DNA of 64,000 nucleotides from Bugula neritina (lineage: Eukaryota > Animalia > Bryozoa). How positions within the stretch are numbered: position 1 is the stretch's first letter; the number at the start of each line of letters is the position of its first letter. A program made the position numbers and the translations under genes. A model generated the notes under the pieces. It saw only the letters and a program-made list of their open reading frames with translations. It did no database searches and was not told where the DNA came from. This document shows positions 55,001 to 64,000 of the stretch, in pieces. The DNA lies in assembly GCA_964035545.1 (NCBI GenBank), contig OZ037767.1:17667781-17731780 (forward strand), in the 5' to 3' direction.

Positions 55001-58000
55001 GTAACACAGCACACTGTATAATACAATACACTGTGTAACACAATACACTATATAGTACAACACACTGTATAATACAATACACTGTGTAACACAATATATA
55101 ACATCTAAGAGTAAGTTATTACATAAAGTGTACCTGTTTCTGCAGAGGCGTTTCCTTTGGGTATACAAACTGTATTATACGAGTCACATAGACCTCTAAA
55201 GCAGTTGAGATGCTGTACAACACACTGATGAGTAGAGTTACAAGGTCTAGATGCACATGGGTTTCTACATTCACACGTGTTGCACCCCAACTCGTTGACT
55301 ATGTATCCATGGAGACAGCTGTTGGCGCAGACGGGCTGTGAACTGCAGACCTCTGGCTTCTCTACAGCAGCGGCAGCATATATACTATATATAGTAGTAA
55401 TATATATTATATATAGTAGTAATATATACTATATACAGTAGTAATATATATTATATATAGTAGTAATATATATTATATACAGTAGTAATATATATTATAT
55501 ATAGTAGTAATATATATGTTATATGTAGAGTAATATATATTATATATAGTAGTAGATATATATTATATATAGTAGTAATATATATTATATATAGTAGTAA
55601 TATATATTATAAATAGTAGTAATATATACTATATTTAATAGTAAGTATATTATATGTAGAGTAGATATTATACCTGAGCTCATACACCGAGACGTGCATT
55701 CTGAGAGACTAGAGAACCTGTTTTTGTTGCCTCCACAGCCAGAGAATATGAACTCTTTGCACACACCTGACTCTGTGCTGTAATAGTAGCTGAGGATTTG
55801 GTCGGCGCACGAACCTGGAGCAACAGGAAGTCGGCAGATTGTTGAGAAGGTTTCTTTATCTGTAGAACAGAGTATCATAAAAACTGTATAGTAACATATA
55901 CTGTATAGTATCATATTATACTGTATAGTAACATATTATACTGTATAGTAACATATACTGTATAGTAACATACTATACTGTATAGTAACATACTATACAG
56001 TATAGTAACATACTATACTGTATAGTAACATACTATACTGTACACTTACTGTCACTGCACCGAGCGTGACACTCAGCCTGTGAGGAATATCTGTTACTAT
56101 TACCAGCACAGCCACCGTAGAAGAAGGGGGAGCAAAGGTCAGTCTTCTTGTCGTAGTACCAGGAAGGAATTAGGGCTAAACATGGACCCGAGTCCATTTC
56201 AGCCTCACACTGATCTACAGCATACACTACAGTATGCACTACAGTATACAGCACACACTACAGTATACACTACAGTATATAGCACACACTACAGTATACA
56301 CTACAGTATACAGCACACACTACAGTATACACTACAGTATACAGCACACACTACAGTACACACTACAGTATACAGCACACACTACAGTATACACTACACA
56401 CTACAGTATACACTACAGTATAAAGTACACACTACAGTATACACTACTGTATACAGTATACACTACAGTATACAGTATACACTACAGTATACACTACAGT
56501 ATACAGCACACACTACAGTATACACTACAGTATACACTACAGCACACACTACAGTATACACTACAGTACACATACCTTGCTCAGCATGTTTGCTTGGTGC
56601 ACATTTCATCATACAGTCCTGTGGAGTAGGGAACCTGTTTTTATTACCTCCGCAGCCCGAGTATATAAACTGTTGACAAGTTCCACTCTGGCGGCTGTAG
56701 GACCACCTGGTAAAGGAACCCCTACACACCCCTGCCGTCTGCGGTTCACTGCATACGTCTGCAATATGATGTCATAGTATTACGATAATATAACTTAGTA
56801 CTATAACACAGTAATATAACGTAGTAATATAACGTAGTAATATAACATAGTAATATAATGTAGTAATAACTCACCTGGCTCCACAGAGCTGTTTGGACTA
56901 CAGAGCAGCTGACAGTCGCGCTCAGTTCTGAAGTTGTTATGGTTCCCAACACATCCGCCATATTGAAACTGTTGGCAGCGTCCTGTCTCGCTGTTAAAGT
57001 GCCATCTGGTGGTGAAGTTGCGGCAGCGACCAGGTACAGCAGATAAGAAACAAACACCTGAGAAATATATTACACACTGTGTACAATACAGTATCACATA
57101 CAGACATATTACACACTGTGTACAATACAGTATCACATACAGACATATTACACACTGTGTACAATACAGTATCACATACAGAGATATTACACACTGTGTA
57201 CAATACAGTATCACATACAGACATATTACACACTGTGTACAATACAGTATCACATACAGAGATATTACACACTGTGTACAATACAGTACTACATACAGAG
57301 ATATTACACACTGTGTACAATACAGTATCACATACAGAGATATTACACACTGTGTACAATACAGTATCACATACAGAGATATTACACACTGTGTACAATA
57401 CAGTATCACATACAGAGATACTACACACTGTGTACAATACAGTACTACATACAGAACATACCCAACCCAGAAGGCTTCACACAGACTGACTGGCAGTGCT
57501 CATTGGAAGTGTATCTGTTGGTGTTCCCTCCACAACCACCATACCAGAACCTGCGACAACTGCCACTAGTGATGTCATAGTACCAGTTGACAGTGTAGTT
57601 GGTGCAGGTGCCAGAGTCACTTGGCAGTTGACAGCTCTCTGTATGACATTACCACAGCTAGTATTGTACTGTAGACATATTACTGTAGATATATTACAGC
57701 TAGTAGATATATTACTGTAGATATATTACTGTAGGTATATTACAGCTAGTAGATATATTACTGTAGCTAGGTATATTAATAATAATACTAATACATTAGA
57801 GTACGGTTGTTAAGGCACTGTACCTGATAAAGAGTTGAAAAGTCTACTACATTCACCATCTAGCAGACTGAGTGACATCCTGGAACAGTTGTTGTAACCT
57901 TGACCTTCGAGTGACGTCAAAGTGGTCAGTTCCTACGGCAGAGCACAGAGGGGATGAGAGAGTGAGAGAGAGAGAGAGGTACATACACATGCTCACATAC

Positions 58001-58012
58001 TTATGCTCACTT

Positions 58013-58072
<60 letters not shown>

Positions 58073-61000
58073 TTCAGAGCTCACCTCTACTTTAGAGTCA
58101 CAGCCCAAGAAGTTTGGCCCAGCAGCTGAGGTCAGCCCATCAGGGCAGCACTCATGTTCAGTGATGTCACAAGGCTGAGCGTCGCCAGCACACCCTAGGA
58201 GGCCCGGACCGGCTGCTGCCGTCACGCCATCGGAGCAGCATCCCCACTGACTGACATGACACAGCTCCTGGTGAGGACAGTTCGACATCTGGGGGTCTGT
58301 AGCAGTGGTAACATCGTCTGCACAGCAACCATACCTGTGTGATGTCACAATATAGTGAGATATGAACGCTCAACAGCCTTAGGTCATGAGGGACATGTCA
58401 GTACGAATGGCTACACAAACCTTGACTTGGAGCATGGGCTTCTTGATACACACTCTGTGTCTTCACATTTTCTGCTCTTTTGTTCTGTAAGGAAGCAACA
58501 ACTGGTTGATAACCACAATGCATCAGTCACCCACAACACACTAGCGAGTTAACTCAGCTACAGAGTAAACCCAACATCATACCATTGAGATATACAGCTT
58601 CACCAACTGTGTTGTATATGTAGATATCTCACCTACACTTTGTATATGTAGATCTCTCACCTACACTTTGTATATGTAGATCTCTCACCTACACTGTTGT
58701 ATATGTAGATATCTCACCTACACTTTGTATATGTAGATCTCTCACCTACACTGTTGTATATGTAGATATCTCACCTACACTGTTGTATATGTAGATATCT
58801 AACCTACACTGTTGTATATGTAGATATCTCACCTACACTGTTGTATATGTAGATATCTAACCTACACTGTTGTATATGTAGATATCTCACCTACACTATT
58901 GTATATGTAGATATCTCACCTACACTGTTGTATATGTAAATAGGAGAAGCTTGGCTTTCCATTCCACTGGTGCTGACGGCTAGAATTTTAAAGTAGTAAG
59001 TAGTTGAAATCTTCAAAGAGAGGCTGTAAGCAGTTTGCTTCACTGAGAAGACTCTCCATAAAGCATCCGCTTCTTCTATGCTGTCGGTAAACCTGTGGAG
59101 GGGTTTGGTTACACTATTAGCACCAGATCTTAGTACGTATAGTAGTAGTAGTATATACTATCATGCAGATATTATTAGTAGAAAAGAAATAACTAACTCA
59201 CCTGATGACGTAGGAAGATACATTCTGTGCTGACAGAGACTCCCAACTGAGGTCCACCACCACCCTGTCGGTAGCTACGGCGTTTCTCTCCACCAGAAAA
59301 TTAATAGGAGCTGGAAAGAGGATCCCTTGCGATGAAAGTGCGTTGCTTGTAGCATTGGCAGAGGCATTTAGAGAGCCTAAGGTGGTTGGGGAACTAGCAG
59401 GAGTAGTTGATGCTGGCGGCGACTTAGTACCAACTCTAGGTTGACCAGTCTCACCTCTAAGCTTCACCGAGTTGTCAGTAGCAAATGAAGGCTCATGAGT
59501 TGCAGTCTCAGTCGTATATTTGTTCATTACAAGAGTGGTGCCATCTTCTACAACTGTAGGTGCATCTCTATCTACTGTAGCTGTTTCAGTATCAACTGTA
59601 GCTGTTTCTGTATCTACTGTAGTTGTCTCTGTGTCTACTGTAGTTGTCTCGGTGTCTACTGTAGCTGTCTCTGTGTCTACTGTAGCTGTTTCAGTATCTA
59701 CTGTAGCTGTCTCTGTGTCTACTGTAGCTGTTTCAGTATCAACTGTAGTTGTCTCTGTGTCTACTGTAGTTGTCTCTGTGTCTACTGTAGCTGTCTCTGT
59801 GTTTACTGTAGCTGTCTCTGTGTCTACTGCAGTTGTCTCTGTGTCTACTGTAGTTGTCTCTGTGTCTACTGCAGTTGTCTCTGTGTCTACTGCAGTTGTC
59901 TCATCAACAGCCTCACTCACTACAGCAGGCTCCACTTGGTCAATTTGTGCAGAAGGTCCAGCATTTGTTAGAGATGCAGATTCTGTTGATAGTATTAGTT
60001 AGAGAGTATATAAGTTGATAGTATTAGTTAGAGAGTATATAAGTTGATAGTATTAGTTAGAGAGTATATAAGTTGATAGTATTAGTTAGAGAGTATATAA
60101 GTTGATAGTATTAGTTAGAGAGTATATAAGTTGATAGTATTAGTTAGAGAGTATATGAGTTGATAGTATTAGTTAGAGAGTATATAAGTTGATAGTATTA
60201 GTTAGAGAGTATATAAGTTGATAGTATTAGTTAGAGAGTATATGAGTTGATAGTATTAGTTAGAGAGTATATAAGTTGATAGTATTAGTTAGAGAGTATA
60301 TGAGTTGATAGTATTAGTTAAAGAGTCCTCTAGGATAAGTCACAGCTACTAAATAAAAGAAAAGATGAAATACCTACCTCTCTGATAAAAGAACATGACG
60401 GTGGTAGATAATGGACTCTGTGAAATACTGTTGATAGCGTTGACCCTGAAGTAGGTGGGAGGATGAATCCTAACTCTTGACACAAGAGAAGACTCAGTGA
60501 CGGCAGCAGACGCCCATTCACTCGGTGCAGCCAACTTGTTGGTGGAATAATAAATCTGTAAATGAAGCGTGAAAAGCATGAATTCACAGTAGAGAATAAC
60601 TGACAGTACAGAGTGACTCACAGTAGAGAGTAACTCACAGTGGAGAGTAAATCACAGTCGAGAGTAACTGACAGTAGAGAGTAACTCACAGTACAGAGTG
60701 ACTCACAGTAGAGAGTAACTCACAGTAGAGAGTAACTCACAGTAGAGAGTAACTCACAGTAGAGAGTAACTCACAGTAGAGAGTAACTAACAGTAGAGAG
60801 TGAGAGAAACTTACAGTGTAAAGGTCCACGGGTGCCTCAGGATACGGTGGTTCCCATTTTACCAAGATCTCTACAGAATTATCATCATCAACATCACTGA
60901 GAGCAATGACTTCTAGATCTACTGGGGGAGTGTTGAGAGGCGTATCTGGTTGTCTGTCAAATACTGGAGTGGAGTCGAAGCTAATGGTACTGCTGGAAAA

Positions 61001-63886
61001 GAATGACGTATCTGTAAAAGGTAGGGTAGAAGTATCTGTATACATCTCTGGTATTTCAGAAGAGGAAAAAGGTACTTCCACTGTAGAGGTCTCTGGTGGT
61101 ATCCATGGCAACTCAGAAGTTTCAAATGATGAGAGAGTAGGCAGCCATGTGGTGGTTTCTGCTTGTTCATCTGCAGCAGTATATATGAGAGAATAGTAGG
61201 GTATATAATAGTATATATGAGAGAATAGTAGTGTATATAATAGTATATATGAGAGAATAGTAGTGTATATAATAGTATACATGAGAGAATAGTAGTGTAT
61301 ATAATAGTATATATGAGAGAATAGTAGTGTATATAATAGTATATATGAGAGAATAGTAGTGTATATAATAGTATATATGAGAGAATAGTAATGTATATAA
61401 TAGTATATATGAGAGAATAGTAGTGTATATAATAGTATATATGAGAGAATAGTAATGTATATAATAGTATATATGAGAGAATAGTAATGTATATAATAGT
61501 ATATATGAGAGAATAGTAGTGTATATAATAGTATATATGAGAGAATAGTAATGTATATAATAGTATATATGAGAGAATAGTAGTGTATATAATAGTATAT
61601 ATGAGAGAATAGTAATGTATATAATAGTATATATGAGAGAATAGTAATGTATATAATAGTATATATGAGAGAATAGTAATGTATATAATAGTATATATGA
61701 GAGAATAGTAGTGTATATAATAGTATATGTGAGAGAATAGTAGTGTATATAATAGTATATATGAGAGAATAGTAATGTATATAATAGTATATATGAGAGA
61801 ATAGTAGTGTATATAATAGTATATATGAGAGAATAGTAATGTATATAATAGTATATATGAGAGAATAGTAATGTATATAATAGTATATATGAGAGAATAG
61901 TAGTGTATATAATAGTATATGTGAGAGAATAGTAGTGTATATAATAGTATATATGAGAGAATAGTAGTGTATATAATAGTATATATGAGAGAATAGTAGT
62001 GTATATAATAGTATATATGAGAGAATAGTAGTGTATATAATAGTATATATGAGAGAATAGTAATGTATATAATAGTATATATGAGAGAATAGTAATGTAT
62101 ATAATAGTATATATGAGAGAATAGTAGTGTATATAATAGTATATATGAGAGAATAGTAGTGTATATAATAGTATATATGAGAGAATAGTAGTGTATATAA
62201 TAGTATATATGAGAGAATAGTAGTGTATATAATAGTATATATGAGAGAATAGTAATGTATATAATAGTATATATGAGAGAATAGTAATGTATATAATAGT
62301 ATATATGAGAGAATAGTAGTGTATATAATAGTATATATGAGAGAATAGTAGTGTATATAATAGTATATATGAGAGAATAGTAATGTATATAATAGTATAT
62401 ATGAGAGAATAGTAGTGTATATAATAGTATATATGAGAGAATAGTAGTGTATATAATAGTATATATGAGAGAATAGTAATGTATATAATAGTATATATGA
62501 GAGAATAGTAATGTATATAATAGTATATATGAGAGAATAGTAGTGTATATAATAGTATATATGAGAGAATAGTAATGTATATAATAGTATATATGAGAGA
62601 ATAGTAGTGTATATAATAGTATATATGAGAGAATAGTAGTGTATATAATAGTATATATGAGAGAATAGTAGTGTATATAATAGTATATATGAGAGAATAG
62701 TAGTGTATATAATAGTATATATGAGAGAATAGTAGTGTATATAATAGTATATATGAGAGAATAGTAGTGTATATAATAGTATATATGAGAGAATAGTAGT
62801 GTATATAATAGTATATATGAGAGAATAGTAATGTATATAATAGTATATATGAGAGAATAGTAGTGTATATAATAGTATATATATGAGAGAATAGTAGTGT
62901 ATATAATAGTATATATGAGAGAATAGTAGTGTATATAATAGTATATATGAGAGAATAGTAGTGTATATAATAGTATATATGAGAGAATAGTAGTGTATAT
63001 AATAGTATATATGAGAGAATAGTAATGTATATAATAGTATATATGAGAGAATAGTAGTGTATATAATAGTATATATGAGAGAATAGTAATGTATATAATA
63101 GTATATATGAGAGAATAGTAGTGTATATAATAGTATATATGAGAGAGTAGTAATGTATATAATAGCATATATGAGAGATACTATGAACTCACTGTCAGTT
63201 ACAATGATTAAGATGTCATTAGAAGTTGTCTCCCCAGTTTTAGTCGCAGTGACCTGACAGACGTAAGCTCCCGAATCTTTTTCATTGACATACTCAATAG
63301 AAAGTTGGCTCACCCCAGAAGTAGATTGGATCTATAAATAGATCAGGTAGAGACATACTGAGTGGAAAGAGTTGTGTAGAGTACTGAGTACTAGTTAGTA
63401 AGTATATAAATATAGAGCACCTTAACTCTATGGGAAGTTGTAAGCTCTCTAGACTCCACTTCGTCTAAAGGAGTGAAATACCAGATCGAGGTGTGTGGAA
63501 CATCTGGCAGACTGCAGGTCAGTTCAATATCACTTCCCACAGTAACAATTCTAGAGTCTGCATCTATAGTATTTAATATAGTATCACAGTAATAAATATA
63601 TAATACCACAGTATTAAATATATAATACCACAATAATAAACATATAATACCCCAATATTAAATATATAATACCACAATATTAAACATAATATCACAATAT
63701 TAAACATAGTATCACAATATTACATATAGTACCACAATATTATATATAGTACCACAATATTATATATAATACCACTTAGTTGTTTAAGTAGTCACTTAGT
63801 TACTCAAGTTGAGGCAAATACTTACCTATGCAGTGACTTAAATGAGCAGCCAGAAGTAAGAGAATAGATTGTACAAGAAACCCCAT
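49082..63886 (-). CDS. Papilin-related secreted ECM / protease-inhibitor protein, about 1438 aa: signal peptide - Ig - S/T/E-rich - FN3 - Thr-rich repeat - FN3 - papilin Cys-rich repeats - 5 Kunitz - antistasin-like - 3 Ig - PLAC. Exons (minus): 63886-63826, 63563-63421, 63331-63193, 61170-60815, 60555-60378, 59982-59202, 59092-58920, 58484-58421, 58334-58085, 57932-57857, 57638-57462, 57057-56875, 56758-56576, 56214-56050, 55859-55674, 55361-55134, 54978-54682, 54440-54165, 51194-51039, 49326-49082
   Basis: Signal MGFLVQSILLLLAAHLSHC; Ig motifs (ELTCS..WYF..DSGAYVC; LPCDARGRPSPSVVWYKN..DRGEYIC); FN3 motifs (VKWEPP..YFRVNAINS; LSWES..YYFKILAVSTSG); papilin-type GCC.DG.T.A.GP...GC repeats; five Kunitz domains (FxYGGCxGNxNxF/Y); C-terminal PLAC CQDN...CRLIVKYNFCSHPVYRIYCCRSC. 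The 20 exons are in phase and total 4317 nt. Exon 57932-57857 is the least certain. Confidence 0.85.
49308..50965. repeat. 31/33-bp minisatellite containing the acceptor and first ~20 nt of the last exon of the papilin-like gene (minus: TTGTAG|TGAATAGACTGAGTATAAGTAGTGTGTATG)
   Basis: About 50 copies; the 33-bp unit translates as VVNRLSISSVY, copying the exon start NRLSISSVREGD. Confidence 0.95.
51202..54164. repeat. 43-bp minisatellite, about 69 copies, filling an entire 3-kb intron from the donor GT
   Basis: Unit TAGATATAGAACATTCTACTGGGTATAGTGACTGTATATACTA. Confidence 0.96.
57066..57455. repeat. Intronic 39-bp minisatellite between Kunitz exons (distinct repeats also fill introns near 54450-54660, 55000-55100, 55380-55660, 55880-56040, 56220-56570, 56780-56870 and 57650-57770)
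   Basis: About 10 copies of ATATTACACACTGTGTACAATACAGTATCACATACAGA(C/G). Confidence 0.9.
58610..58938. repeat. 28/29-bp minisatellite made of exon end plus donor (minus: TACATATACAACAGTGTAG|GTGAGATATC)
   Basis: About 11 copies; the first overlaps the last 19 nt of exon 59092-58920. Confidence 0.93.
59571..59900 (-). repeat. Coding 21-bp repeat encoding (TVDTETA/T)n mucin-like stalk
   Basis: About 16 copies within exon 59982-59202. Confidence 0.9.
59985..60320. repeat. Intronic 29-bp minisatellite abutting the acceptor
   Basis: About 11 copies of GTTGATAGTATTAGTTAGAGAGTATATAA. Confidence 0.92.
60585..60800. repeat. Intronic 17-bp minisatellite (CAGTAGAGAGTAACTCA)
   Basis: About 12 copies. 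Confidence 0.88.
61178..63178. repeat. Intronic 32-bp minisatellite, about 62 copies (AGTATATATGAGAGAATAGTAGTGTATATAAT)
   Basis: Fills intron 61171-63192; source of the spurious 858-aa and 749-aa ORFs. Confidence 0.96.
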
Positions 63887-64000
63887 AACGTTGTGTTGTG
63901 GTAACTCAGAGACTAGCTAGTGGTAGGCATTGCTGTAGGTGTGAACTTCTAGCTGCATAGACCTGCACTCACACGTGCCTCAGTGTGCCTGCCTCAGTGT

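Noticed and set aside
60737-63313. 858-aa and 749-aa Tyr/Ile-rich ORFs
   Set aside because: Read-through of a 32-bp intronic repeat between genuine exons with canonical splice sites.

Overview
This is eukaryotic (metazoan, probably invertebrate) genomic DNA with GT-AG spliced genes, so most long entries in the ORF track are artefacts of intronic tandem repeats. Hand-splicing gives seven genes: (1) the 3' part of HECTD1 (+, 23 exons, 156-15943); (2) a complete four-exon gene, not recovered as a unit by the ORF track, nested antisense in a HECTD1 intron (-, 6496-5202) and encoding a secreted 131-aa, 10-cysteine prokineticin/astakine/colipase-fold-like protein with two dibasic sites; (3) ZFAND5/6 (A20+AN1 zinc finger); (4) SYNJ2BP/OMP25 (-); (5) eIF4A3, whose intron 5 is a 13-kb array of a 30-bp satellite; (6) LRRC71, with a candidate RRPS-rich N-terminal extension and micro-exons; (7) a complete ~1438-aa papilin-related ECM gene (-) in which the TSP1/ADAMTS-spacer cassette is replaced by Ig-FN3-mucin modules. 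The dominant structural feature is that most introns carry their own private tandem repeat. Many repeats start at, end at, or contain copies of the splice junction itself (exon end + GT, or AG + exon start), producing arrays of decoy or alternative splice sites, while intergenic DNA has few such arrays. All exon boundaries were read by eye, checked for phase continuity, and need RNA-seq confirmation.
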